A stretch of DNA of 42,366 bases, taken from Candidatus Thorarchaeota archaeon (GTDB taxonomy: Archaea; Asgardarchaeota; Thorarchaeia; Thorarchaeales; Thorarchaeaceae). The stretch covers positions 1 through 42,366 of the forward strand of contig JBHLRQ010000017.1 in the NCBI GenBank assembly GCA_048882385.1, given 5' to 3'. Shown one piece after another: positions 18,403 to 27,308 of this stretch. The notes beneath the pieces are model-generated. The model saw nothing but the letters and a program-made list of their open reading frames with translations. It was not told the origin of the DNA and did not search any database. A program made the translations under genes and the position numbers. Position 1 is the stretch's first letter, and the number at the start of each line of letters is the position of its first letter.

Positions 18403-19050
18403 CTATGCGTAGTACAATCGAACCCTGAGATGCGCTCTTGTATCTGTAGGCATCTCTCGCGCTTTCTTGACCTCTGGATTCTCAAGGGCGTCCTCCATGG
18501 TGAGTCTAAGATCTTCCTTTGATACGCTCAGTTGGACTTTGTCACCTACTGAAGCTACAACGTTTCCGGGCACAAGAATGTCAACATCAGATTTTAGACC
18601 GACCGCCTCAAGTGACTCCTCAATGAAACCCCCACCTGCTATCAGACAGACTGCATCAGTATCAAAATCGACGTCAACTGCATTCCCGACTTTTTCACCG
18701 TCTTTATCGACAATGTCCAGCTTTGTCAGGTCAGACCATCGAATCTCATCTGGTTTTATAGCACCCTTGTCTAGAGTGGTCTTCAGACTATTCACATTGG
18801 TGTTCAATTGAACTCTGTCACCAATCACACTGATGAGTGTTGCATCAAGAACAGGATCCTTATCCGGTTTAATCTTTGCAGATTCGAGGAACTCCTCCCA
18901 TCTAGAACCAGCAAGAATGAATTGAGATAGTTTGAGTTTTCCATCAAAGATAAAAGTCAGATCATTGATCCTTCCTACTTTTTCTCCACTAGAATCAACC
19001 ACATCGCAATCCCTCAATTGCTTGCAGTTTATTGGTTTTAGAACATCCAC
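18403..19050 (-). CDS. Tandem PRC-barrel domain protein
   Basis: Two homologous halves: QLRDCDVVDSSGEKVGRINDL...VIGDRVQL and DLTKLDIVDKDGEKVGNAVDV...SVGDKVQL. Start moved to the GTG at 19050, which follows an SD-like AGGTGTGA. Confidence 0.85.
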   Translation of the reverse strand: MDVLKPINCKQLRDCDVVDSSGEKVGRINDLTFIFDGKLKLSQFILAGSRWEEFLESAKIKPDKDPVLDATLISVIGDRVQLNTNVNSLKTTLDKGAIKPDEIRWSDLTKLDIVDKDGEKVGNAVDVDFDTDAVCLIAGGGFIEESLEAVGLKSDVDILVPGNVVASVGDKVQLSVSKEDLRLTMEDALENPEVKKAREMPTDTRAHLRVRLYYA

Positions 19051-19290
19051 GAATGTCACACCTTTGTTGGGACTATTCAGAATCCAAATTAAACCCTTCG
19101 AATGAGTCCATTCTATGATAGGTCTTCTAGTCAATGGTTAAAGTCACCTCATGCCGGTTTTGTCTAACGTTTGGCGCTGACCAAACACCTTATATAGATT
19201 TGTGACAGTGGAACGATAGGGAAAAACGTAACGTTCCGGAAATACGGAATGAATAACTGGAGCGTTAAGGTATTCGCAAAGGTGTAAACA

Positions 19291-19638
19291 ATGCTCAAAC
19301 CAGGTTTCAAAACAGACGATGAAGTTACAATTACTTCAGCAGAACCGGTATTCTCACTCCAACGAGTGATTGCAGGTAGATCAGCACGCCTACTAGTTGC
19401 TCTTGCAGGTGCCATAGGATTGTTGTATCTGGTTGCATTGATGCCCGGGTTATTCCTCCTTGTTCTTCCAGGTGAGATCGCTGCACTAGGAAAAGTGTAT
19501 GATGAAGCACGCATCATCAGGTATCTCAAGTATGGTGAGCCACTACAACCAGAACACTGGGAGGACACTGAAACTATGACTGAGAGAATAAGGATCAGCG
19601 CATCTGACAATCATGATGCATTGGAGTTCTCAAGATGA
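19291..19638 (+). CDS. Hypothetical small membrane protein
   Basis: 115-aa ORF with a central hydrophobic stretch (LLVALAGAIGLLYLVALMPGLFLLVLP). Co-oriented with the downstream operon. Confidence 0.55.
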   Translation: MLKPGFKTDDEVTITSAEPVFSLQRVIAGRSARLLVALAGAIGLLYLVALMPGLFLLVLPGEIAALGKVYDEARIIRYLKYGEPLQPEHWEDTETMTERIRISASDNHDALEFSR

Positions 19639-19678
19639 GAATCAAGAAGTCTCTCTACTTAGCACTGTCTATCTCCAC

Positions 19679-19721
19679 GGTGGCCCCACGTACTCCGAGT
19701 GGGGTCACCCCCATTCTTTTT
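19679..19721 (+). terminator. GC-rich hairpin plus U-tract (terminator/attenuator-like)
   Basis: 11-bp stem GGTGGCCCCAC / GTGGGGTCACC (one G-U pair) with a 9-nt loop, followed by TTCTTTTT and immediately by the SD GAGGTGA of the 19733 gene. Confidence 0.6.
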
Positions 19722-19732
19722 GAGGTGAAATA

Positions 19733-20692
19733 ATGAGTTGGCCAAGTAATTATCCAGACACGCCAGATGAACCCGTTGAAAGAAAACCTTCTAGTCCGCC
19801 ACCACAGCCAGGAGGTCTTTTGAAAGATTTCGCTGTTGGTTTCAAACTCGCAGCGAAGAACTTTCTTTCTTATGCCCTAGCCATGCTTGGAGTCATATTA
19901 GTGACATTTGTTCTTCTAGTAATAATTCTCCTCTTCATTGTACTTCCAATAATCCTCACATTTGGTATTCCGTTCCTGATCAGCCTACTGATGTTCATAG
20001 AAGAAACCTTCACAACAGCAACTCAGCTAAGTCTAGTTGGGCTTATTCTAGTCCTGTTCCTCCCAATTCTTGGACCATTCTTTGTTGCTCTAGGATCACT
20101 ATTTGGAATGTCGAGAGAGGTTGTTGAAAGTGATGGAACATATGCAGAATCAGCCTTCTCTTGGTATGGAAAGAAAGCATTGTCTCTAGTTGGAGGAGGA
20201 ACGATTCATTTTCTAGTGACTCTCGCTCCGTTTATTGTTGCTTTCATAGGGATAGCTTATCCAACATGGAATCCTCCCACGAATGAAAGTCTTCGACTCA
20301 TAATCCCAGCAGCTGTTCTCTGGGTCTTTCTGAGCAATGGAATGCTATCATTGACATTCCCAGGAATAATTGATGGATATTCAGCAGTTCGTGCAGCAGC
20401 AAGATCTGTAAGACTTACCGCTCAGTTTCCAGGACGAGTTCTTGGTGCATGGACCATAATGTTTCTGATAATAGGACTTCCCGTATTCTCTCTGATCAAC
20501 GAAATTGCATTCATCTTTCCACCCTTCATTCCCATTGGATTATTCGAGCCCTATGCGGGATTGATCACCCTTGTCCTAGTGTTCTATGTAATTCCAGCAT
20601 TTTCCATTGTGCTCACAAGGATCTACATGATACTGACCGCGCGGGTAGATGCAACGTATACAGTTGACAGCGAAGGAGGCGATACTCTATGA
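19733..20692 (+). CDS. Multi-pass integral membrane protein with Pro-rich N-terminus
   Basis: About 6-7 hydrophobic helices and a strong SD (GAGGTGA). ATGA overlap with the next gene. Confidence 0.8.
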   Translation: MSWPSNYPDTPDEPVERKPSSPPPQPGGLLKDFAVGFKLAAKNFLSYALAMLGVILVTFVLLVIILLFIVLPIILTFGIPFLISLLMFIEETFTTATQLSLVGLILVLFLPILGPFFVALGSLFGMSREVVESDGTYAESAFSWYGKKALSLVGGGTIHFLVTLAPFIVAFIGIAYPTWNPPTNESLRLIIPAAVLWVFLSNGMLSLTFPGIIDGYSAVRAAARSVRLTAQFPGRVLGAWTIMFLIIGLPVFSLINEIAFIFPPFIPIGLFEPYAGLITLVLVFYVIPAFSIVLTRIYMILTARVDATYTVDSEGGDTL

Positions 20693-21330
20693 ATCCTAAA
20701 GTATCCACAGAACCAATCAAGGAATTTGTGGTTGTCACAAATCCCAAAATCATCAAACTACTATTGGACGCAACACGAAAAGAGATTGTGTTCAACTATC
20801 TCGTAAACGAACCTATGACAGTAAAGCAGCTTGCTGATGCGATGAAGAAGAAACCAGGCACAGTTCTTCATCATGTTCAGAAGCTTAAGAACGCAAATAT
20901 CATCAAACTTGTCGAGACTCGAGAAACTACAAGAGGGATAGTTGAGCGATACTATCGTGCCGTAGCTAGAGAGTTTCGCCTAGGTATCAGCGAGAGAATG
21001 AGCTCATACGATGAAGCCCCCGTATCTAGGGACAGAGTCAAAGCTGCTCTCTTGGCAATGTCTACATTGGGAGTTCATATCCCTGAAGCCCAACTTGATC
21101 ATGCAGGTACATTACTCCGAAAACTGATGGATATTGAAGAACAAGTTGCACGAGCATACGACAATCCTGACAATCATGCGTATCAAGCATTGCCGCCCGC
21201 CACGCGAAACGACATTTCAACAAGGATGTCACAATATCTGTTGTCTCGGAACGCAACTTATCAGAAAACTCTCAACGAGTGGAATGAGATCTTGGGATTC
21301 CATCTCAAGAGACTCACAGTTGTGGAGTAA
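20689..21330 (+). CDS. ArsR-like winged-HTH transcriptional regulator with C-terminal extension
   Basis: LLDATRKEIV...EPMTVKQLADAMKKKPGTVLHHVQKLKNANII...GIVERYYRA. Confidence 0.85.
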   Translation: MNPKVSTEPIKEFVVVTNPKIIKLLLDATRKEIVFNYLVNEPMTVKQLADAMKKKPGTVLHHVQKLKNANIIKLVETRETTRGIVERYYRAVAREFRLGISERMSSYDEAPVSRDRVKAALLAMSTLGVHIPEAQLDHAGTLLRKLMDIEEQVARAYDNPDNHAYQALPPATRNDISTRMSQYLLSRNATYQKTLNEWNEILGFHLKRLTVVE

Positions 21331-21336
21331 TGAACC

Positions 21337-22581
21337 ATGTCAAAAAAGCATGCCGTATTAGTCATCAGTAGCATTCTCTTGCTACTGATGACATCTTTCT
21401 TTCCAGTCCAAGGGAATGGAATCATTCCAAGTCAATCATCATCTGAACGTGACTATTGGCCAACAAATGGTTGGCAAAACGCGACTCCCGAAGAAGTCGG
21501 GATGGATTCAACCAAGCTTGAAGATATGATGGACAGAATTGACGAAAATGGGATACTCATCGATTCTCTACTAATTGTGAGAAATGGCTATCTGGTCTTC
21601 GAGAAATATCCAAGATATTATGATGAAGATTCAAGGCACATCATCCATTCTTGCACGAAGAGTTACACTTCAGCCTTGGTTGGAATTGCCCTTGAAGAAG
21701 GCTACATTGATAGTGTAGATGACAAGTTAATTGATCTACTACCAAATCGGACAATGGAGAATCTTGATGCTAGAAAAGAGGCCATCACGCTTGAACACCT
21801 TCTGACTATGACTGCAGGGTTTGAGTGGGATGAATGGACTGAACCCTACAGTTCGTATTTGAATAGCCATTATCAAATGTGGACTGCCAGTAATAATGTG
21901 CAGTATATTCTTGATTTACCAATGGCATATGACCCAGGGGATGTGTGGACATATAGTTCAGGTGCATCTCACCTCTTGGGTACTATAGTAACTGAGGCTA
22001 CTGGAATCGACCTCTTCGACTACGCCATAGAGAAGCTGTTCACTCCACTGGGTATCCAAGCGTCTGATATATTCTGGCCCTCGGATAATCAAGGACAATA
22101 TTGGGGAAGCGGCGGAGCAGAAATGATTCCTCGAGATATGGCTAAATTTGGATATCTCTATCTTAACAATGGAACATGGGATGGTGAACAAATCATTCCA
22201 TTGGATTGGGTTGAGAAATCAGCTGACACTCAAGTCGAGTTTAATGATTTCAGTGGCTATTCCTATCAATGGTGGACTTACCCAACTGATATTGTCAATG
22301 TATATGCTGCACAGGGATATCAGGGACAGTTCATTTTTGTAATTCCAGAACTAGATATGGTTGTGGTATTCACTTCTAGTGTACCACCATATGAATCCTA
22401 TCCACCACCAACGATCCTCTTTGAATACATCATTCGAGCAGTGGGATCTGGACAAACACAGCTAGGTATGTTTGGAAGTACAATTGCATTTCTGTCACTC
22501 GCACTCACAGCACCAATATTACTCGCAGGTGTATTCTATCGAATGATTGTAAGAAAATGGAATAAGGAGTTGAGAAGATGA
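21337..22581 (+). CDS. Exported, C-terminally membrane-anchored serine hydrolase (beta-lactamase class C / NylB-like family)
   Basis: Signal peptide, SxxK (SCTK), LLTMTAG, YSS, PRDMAKFG, AQGYQGQ and a C-terminal TM helix with basic tail. Confidence 0.9.
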   Translation: MSKKHAVLVISSILLLLMTSFFPVQGNGIIPSQSSSERDYWPTNGWQNATPEEVGMDSTKLEDMMDRIDENGILIDSLLIVRNGYLVFEKYPRYYDEDSRHIIHSCTKSYTSALVGIALEEGYIDSVDDKLIDLLPNRTMENLDARKEAITLEHLLTMTAGFEWDEWTEPYSSYLNSHYQMWTASNNVQYILDLPMAYDPGDVWTYSSGASHLLGTIVTEATGIDLFDYAIEKLFTPLGIQASDIFWPSDNQGQYWGSGGAEMIPRDMAKFGYLYLNNGTWDGEQIIPLDWVEKSADTQVEFNDFSGYSYQWWTYPTDIVNVYAAQGYQGQFIFVIPELDMVVVFTSSVPPYESYPPPTILFEYIIRAVGSGQTQLGMFGSTIAFLSLALTAPILLAGVFYRMIVRKWNKELRR

Positions 22582-23513
22582 TTCAATTACTCGAAATCGC
22601 AGCTGACCAAGCTATTATCATTGCAACTGCAATACCAATTGTTACAGCCTGTCTATTCATCCTGATCATCCCGTGGTTAAGGAAAGGATCACAAACTAGG
22701 ATGAGAAGGTATCTATCGTATTTAGTCAAACCACCTCGCATAGGTCCCCTCAATTCACAGGACCCGAATATAGAGCTCAGAAGTAATTCCTTGTGGAGAG
22801 AGATCAAAGTCAGACTCTTTTTTGTCTACTTGGCAATCGGACTCTTCCTAGCCTGCTTCATGATTAGTGAGCTCTATGAAGTCATATTTGACATTACACT
22901 CCCAGTTTCACAAGGTAGCACTGGAGAAATGAGAACCGTCAGTTCTGTTGCATTCATGAGCATCTTCAATGCAGGATGGATTGGAGCACTACCATGGTAC
23001 GGGCAATTACCTGCTCCTTCAATTTTAGGTACATACCACGATTCATGGGGTTGGATATTCTTCACATCTGCAATCACGGATAATCCTAATTTCTTTACAA
23101 CTATGGTCTTCATACTGCTTTTGATGTCATTTGCATCAGGTCTCGTATTTATGGCGCCACTGATTAGCAAGACAATACGTGAATCATTCTTACCCTCTAT
23201 GTTCTTCTACATGACTAGTCTATTGGTCTTCACAAAAGCAGCCATTGGTGCAAGTGCACAAGTATTATCGCTTCTATTAGGAGGTTCAATTCGATATGGA
23301 CTTTGGACAATCACAGGAGAGATGATTCCTAGGCTTTACGAAGGATTGCTGTATGGCTTACCAATACTTCTTGCTATGTTCAGCTTGTTCATGTTCCTAG
23401 GAAGGAAACTATGGCAGGTTCACTATTCAGACCTGAAATCAAAGAGATGGTTTATGGTCTTTGTTACTCTGATATTTTGGCTAAGTCTTTTCATCTCGAT
23501 GAGCGGGATATGA
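22578..23513 (+). CDS. Multi-pass membrane protein (paralog A)
   Basis: About 7 hydrophobic segments. ATGA-coupled to the upstream hydrolase. Shares the motif YEVI.D..LPV.QG.TGEMR...FNAGWIG.LPW.G with the next gene. Confidence 0.8.
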   Translation: MIQLLEIAADQAIIIATAIPIVTACLFILIIPWLRKGSQTRMRRYLSYLVKPPRIGPLNSQDPNIELRSNSLWREIKVRLFFVYLAIGLFLACFMISELYEVIFDITLPVSQGSTGEMRTVSSVAFMSIFNAGWIGALPWYGQLPAPSILGTYHDSWGWIFFTSAITDNPNFFTTMVFILLLMSFASGLVFMAPLISKTIRESFLPSMFFYMTSLLVFTKAAIGASAQVLSLLLGGSIRYGLWTITGEMIPRLYEGLLYGLPILLAMFSLFMFLGRKLWQVHYSDLKSKRWFMVFVTLIFWLSLFISMSGI

Positions 23514-23544
23514 TTCAGATGCTAGGGAAGGAGTTGACATCATT

Positions 23545-24408
23545 ATGATTCAGATACTTGAACTTACAGAAATTCAAGCGAACATTATAGCGATAGTGCT
23601 CCCACTCATCATGGTAAGTGTGTTCATCTTAATCATACCAAGCCTAAGAGATGGATCTAGTAGTACGTTTAGGAGATATCTCTCCTATTCGGTCAAACCT
23701 CCAAAAATTGGTTCAGACAAAGCGAAACTCTACTTCTATTATTCTGGAATTGTATTGTTCTTGGTCAGTTTCATGGTTAGTGAATTTTACGAGGTGATTC
23801 TTGACCTAATTCTCCCCGTCACTCAAGGCAATACTGGAGAGATGAGAGAAATCTCAACTATAGTCTTCCAAAGCCCATTCAATGCAGGGTGGATTGGATC
23901 ATTACCATGGTTAGGAAGAATCATGTACCATGAAACTTGGAACTGGGTCTACTTCACTGCAGCTTTCACAGACAATCCAGACTTTCTCGGAACATTGAAT
24001 GCATATCTGACGTTATTTTCGATTGGGGTAGGGATAGTTTTTCTAGCCCCCCTAGCTATTAAGACAATCAGACATTCTTTCCTCGCATCAATGAGCTTCT
24101 TCACAATCGGGATGGCTATATTTGTAAAAGCTTCTGTCAGCAGTCTAGCCTACGCGATTGCACTCGCTTTCTTGAATGCAGAATTAGAGTTTATCACTAT
24201 TGTTGCTACAGGCAGCATGATTCCAGATCTCTGGTTTACGATAGTAGTGCAATCTCTGATAGTCCTTGCTATGTTTGGGTTCTTCGCTGTTCTTGGTCGA
24301 AAATTGTGGAGAATATACTATCCAGACTCTCAATCAAGAACTTGGTTCACAGGTTACATAGCTCTGAACTTCTTGCTAGGAGTCATCATTACAATTCTGG
24401 TGGTGTAA
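23545..24408 (+). CDS. Multi-pass membrane protein (paralog B)
   Basis: Homologous to 22578..23513 over its whole length (MIQ.LE..., RRYLSY.VKPP.IG, TDNP.F, LGRKLW). SD-like AGGAG upstream. Confidence 0.8.
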   Translation: MIQILELTEIQANIIAIVLPLIMVSVFILIIPSLRDGSSSTFRRYLSYSVKPPKIGSDKAKLYFYYSGIVLFLVSFMVSEFYEVILDLILPVTQGNTGEMREISTIVFQSPFNAGWIGSLPWLGRIMYHETWNWVYFTAAFTDNPDFLGTLNAYLTLFSIGVGIVFLAPLAIKTIRHSFLASMSFFTIGMAIFVKASVSSLAYAIALAFLNAELEFITIVATGSMIPDLWFTIVVQSLIVLAMFGFFAVLGRKLWRIYYPDSQSRTWFTGYIALNFLLGVIITILVV

Positions 24409-24410
24409 TA

Positions 24411-25604
24411 ATGAAACATATTGCGACATCAATCATCATTGTTCTATCAATTCTATTGAGTGTATCAATAATTCCAACTCATGCATATTCGGTTGCTCAA
24501 GGTGATATTGTCAGAAACTATTGGCCAACAAATGAGTGGCAGAACACGACACCTGAAGATCAGGGATTGGACTCAAACATTTTGAACCAAATAGATGAAA
24601 TGATTGTTTTGGAAGATATCGAAGTCGATTCGGTCATTATTGTCAAGAATGGCTACATTGTATATGAGAAATATTATGGCCTTTGGTCACAATACATCGT
24701 GCATACTATTCAGTCATGTACTAAGAGCTTTATGTCAGCTCTTATCGGTATCGCTATCGACCTGGGGTATATTGACAATGTGAGTCAACCAATTCTCGAT
24801 TTCTTCCCTAACTATACTATTGACAATTGGGATCCAAGAAAGGAAAATATCACCTTATTTAACTGCCTTACTATGTCAACTGGATTAGAATTCCATGAGG
24901 TCGATATTCCTTATTCAGATCCAGAGAATGACCTGTTTGCTATGTATAGAAGTGGCAATATGTGGCAATATGTCCTAAATCGTCCAATGGAATATGACCC
25001 TGGAACACACTGGTCTTACAACTCCGGGGGGATTGAACTACTCGGGGGTGCTATTGAATATGCCACTGGTTATTCGGTAGCAGATTTTGCTGAGGAGTTC
25101 TTGTTTGAACCTATAGGTATTGATTATTTTCAATGGTGGAAAGAACCAGCAAGCAATCAATATGGTTGTGGAGGTGGATTACACCTTAGACCAAGAGACA
25201 TGGCTCGATTCGGTTATCTCTATCTGAATCAGGGAAATTGGAATGGCACTCAAGTCGTTTCATCAGAATGGGTCAATGTATCAACACAAATGTACTTCGA
25301 TACAGGTGGCTGGTATCTCTATGGCTATACTTGGTGGGGAGTTCCTGAACAACCTTTCTACGAAGCAACTGGACACTATGAACAGAAGATCTATGTCTTG
25401 CCTGATCACGACACCGTTTGTGTTTTCACCGGTGATATTGCAGATGAAGACTGGCATCCTACAGATTACTTCGTGATGGAATATGTTTTACAAGCCGCGG
25501 CAGGCGCAGACGCTAAAGACACAATCTTGTTGGGTCTATACATATCAATTCTAGTCATCTTTGTGGCTCCGATGCCAATTATGATGGTGAAACACCGACG
25601 TTAA
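24411..25604 (+). CDS. Second exported, membrane-anchored serine hydrolase (beta-lactamase class C / NylB-like family)
   Basis: Start moved to the ATG at 24411 (MKHIATSIIIVLSILL signal peptide). Contains SCTK, YNS, PRDMARFG and a C-terminal TM helix. Paralog of 21337..22581 (R.YWPTN.WQN.TPE..G.DS). Confidence 0.9.
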   Translation: MKHIATSIIIVLSILLSVSIIPTHAYSVAQGDIVRNYWPTNEWQNTTPEDQGLDSNILNQIDEMIVLEDIEVDSVIIVKNGYIVYEKYYGLWSQYIVHTIQSCTKSFMSALIGIAIDLGYIDNVSQPILDFFPNYTIDNWDPRKENITLFNCLTMSTGLEFHEVDIPYSDPENDLFAMYRSGNMWQYVLNRPMEYDPGTHWSYNSGGIELLGGAIEYATGYSVADFAEEFLFEPIGIDYFQWWKEPASNQYGCGGGLHLRPRDMARFGYLYLNQGNWNGTQVVSSEWVNVSTQMYFDTGGWYLYGYTWWGVPEQPFYEATGHYEQKIYVLPDHDTVCVFTGDIADEDWHPTDYFVMEYVLQAAAGADAKDTILLGLYISILVIFVAPMPIMMVKHRR

Positions 25605-25605
25605 A

Positions 25606-26226
25606 TCACTGAATCTTTCGCTGAAACTTCAAAGTAAAGTAGGAAACAAATCCTACAAAGACAAGTGCACTAAAAACCGTAAACCACTCTACCAACGGAC
25701 CTCCAATGTAAATTGCAAAAACCAAACTAAGTAATGTAACCACTAAACCGTAAATGGCAGCTGGTTTTGAGAAATACGGATGAACTAGAAGTGAAAGGCT
25801 GATCAGAATCAATGTAAAGAAATTCAATTCGAAAAAGAGTGAAGATGCCTGCATATGCGGTGCTCCAAGATCCTCAGAATATACACCAATCATGATGAGA
25901 GCAACTGCTGCAACTAGTCCAATTATTTGACCAATAATGAGGAAATACCTTGCTGATGACTTCTCCTCATAGTACCAGTCTTTGAGTCCTATGAAGAATG
26001 GAACGAGTGCTACTCCTGTCAATATACATCCCCAATTATAGAAATAGGCTCCAAAAGGACTATAGTTGAAATTTCCTAGACGACTCAGATAGTGAGTAGC
26101 TGGTCCATAGGGATCAGGATAGAAAGCCCAAGATATCAATGTGAATGCGCAATATAATACAATAACAAGAATACCACTTAAAGTTGACAAGGGCCATTTA
26201 GTAAATTGCTTAGCCAAAATTCTCAC
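25606..26226 (-). CDS. DUF998-like membrane protein
   Basis: About 6 TM helices with YLSRLG, FN.G.ILTG, IGVYSED...H and EW motifs typical of DUF998. Confidence 0.7.
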   Translation of the reverse strand: MRILAKQFTKWPLSTLSGILVIVLYCAFTLISWAFYPDPYGPATHYLSRLGNFNYSPFGAYFYNWGCILTGVALVPFFIGLKDWYYEEKSSARYFLIIGQIIGLVAAVALIMIGVYSEDLGAPHMQASSLFFELNFFTLILISLSLLVHPYFSKPAAIYGLVVTLLSLVFAIYIGGPLVEWFTVFSALVFVGFVSYFTLKFQRKIQ

Positions 26227-26430
26227 TACTATTCAAGTGTCATTACTCACTTATGAATACAATTGGAAGAGATGGCTAAAGACATAGCATTTCACACCTA
26301 AACTTCCACACCAAACACCAGTGAGATGAAAAAACTGACTGATGATGACATGAATTATTGAAGATTCCACTCATTTTTCAAATAATGAATTGAAAGCAAA
26401 TGAATCGTTGATACTTTTGAAATTTGATGC

Positions 26431-26473
26431 AGAAAAAAAGAAAGATTTTCGGGCTCCCCTAGCAGGAAGCCCG
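26431..26473 (-). terminator. Hairpin plus poly-U terminator downstream of SSB copy 1
   Basis: Minus strand CGGGCTTCCT-GCT-AGGGGAGCCCG followed by AAAATCTTTCTTTTTTT. Confidence 0.7.
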
Positions 26474-26499
26474 GTATGATGAATAATTAACTTCTATTG

Positions 26500-27048
26500 C
26501 TAATACCTGCGACGCCTGTCACGGTTACCGTAGCCGCCACCACCGCCACGTCGATCTCTACGGTCTCTTCCACCGTATCCACCGCCGCCGTAGCCACCGC
26601 CACCGCCACCACCGTAGCCTCCACCACCATAACTGCGACCACCGCCACCGCCGTATCGTCGACGACGCTCGTCTTCATGCTCTTCAGCACTCATATCAAC
26701 TTCTTCGTTGACTTCTTCGATAGCTTCCTCAGCCTCCGCTAGTTCTCCGTACTTACCAATGTTAAGTCGTAGATTACCACGGAATAATCCGGTGTAGCCA
26801 TTTTTCAAAAGGTAGGTGGTACCAGGTTTCATCTCATCGATGCTGTTGTCCCAAAGGGGTACTTGAACACAACCAGTTGAGTCCCCGACAGTTGCGTCGG
26901 CAACACGGTGAGTCGCCCCATCATTGCGGGACGTGACCTCACGCTCTTCTCCAATAGCAACCACTTTGAAAGCAATTGTAACATTCTTCATTCTCGGCTT
27001 TAGCTCAGCCACTGTAGCCTCAATAGGCTCACGTTCTTGATAACTCAT
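26500..27048 (-). CDS. ssb: Single OB-fold single-stranded nucleic-acid-binding protein (crenarchaeal SSB / hSSB1-like) with Gly/Arg/Tyr-rich tail, copy 1
   Basis: VAELKPRMKNV...VADATVGDSTG.V.VPLWD...GTTYLLKNGYTGLFRGNLRLNIGKYG OB-fold signature, then an acidic linker and a YGG/RGG tail. Confidence 0.85.
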   Translation of the reverse strand: MSYQEREPIEATVAELKPRMKNVTIAFKVVAIGEEREVTSRNDGATHRVADATVGDSTGCVQVPLWDNSIDEMKPGTTYLLKNGYTGLFRGNLRLNIGKYGELAEAEEAIEEVNEEVDMSAEEHEDERRRRYGGGGGRSYGGGGYGGGGGGGYGGGGYGGRDRRDRRGGGGGYGNRDRRRRY

Positions 27049-27221
27049 CGTATATTCTCTCGCTTCTGCGATAGCAGGACAATAAAAACTGGGTGTTCTT
27101 CAATGGGTATGTGTGCGAATTCGTGTAGACCCCGCCAGACCACGTCTCGAAGGCCGCATGCTTGTATCTGCCTGCACATTTTTGCTGAGTATGTTCCCTT
27201 AAGAACTTGTGTACAGTGGCT
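27049..27221 (-). promoter_or_regulatory. Conserved promoter plus long 5' leader of SSB copy 1
   Basis: CTTAAGAACTTGTGTACAGTGGCT is identical upstream of both SSB copies (minus strand TTCTTAAG is TATA-like). Several leader blocks are also conserved. Confidence 0.6.
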
Positions 27222-27240
27222 ATTGACCCTTAAACAATGT

Positions 27241-27282
27241 AAAAAGAAAAAGAGAGTTTAACGGACCAAAAAAAGAGTCCGT
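27241..27282 (-). terminator. Hairpin plus poly-U terminator downstream of SSB copy 2
   Basis: Minus strand ACGGAC-TCTTTTTTTG-GTCCGT followed by a TTTTTCTTTTT tract. Confidence 0.65.
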
Positions 27283-27308
27283 ATAGATTCTGGTTGGGCT
27301 AAAGTCGA

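Noticed and set aside
18140-18428. 62-aa plus-strand ORF, a 34-codon minus-strand ORF (MMATNTRK...) and a small CACAC/GTGTG hairpin in the ArsR-PRC intergenic region
   Set aside because: No recognisable motif, convincing start context or RNA-family features. Cannot be supported without homology data.
24306-24410. Longer N-terminus of the second serine hydrolase
   Set aside because: It overlaps the upstream gene by ~100 bp. The signal peptide begins at the ATG at 24411.
16512-25604. An antibiotic-resistance island (MBL, two beta-lactamase-like genes, MFS)
   Set aside because: These folds are mostly non-resistance hydrolases in archaea. There are no mobility genes or boundary repeats, and substrates cannot be inferred from motifs alone.
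26487-26742. Thr/Ala-rich (+) and Val/Ala-rich (-) ORFs, and the (CCA/CCG)n microsatellite-like tract
   Set aside because: These are shadow frames of the Gly-rich SSB tail codons, not independent genes or a repeat element.
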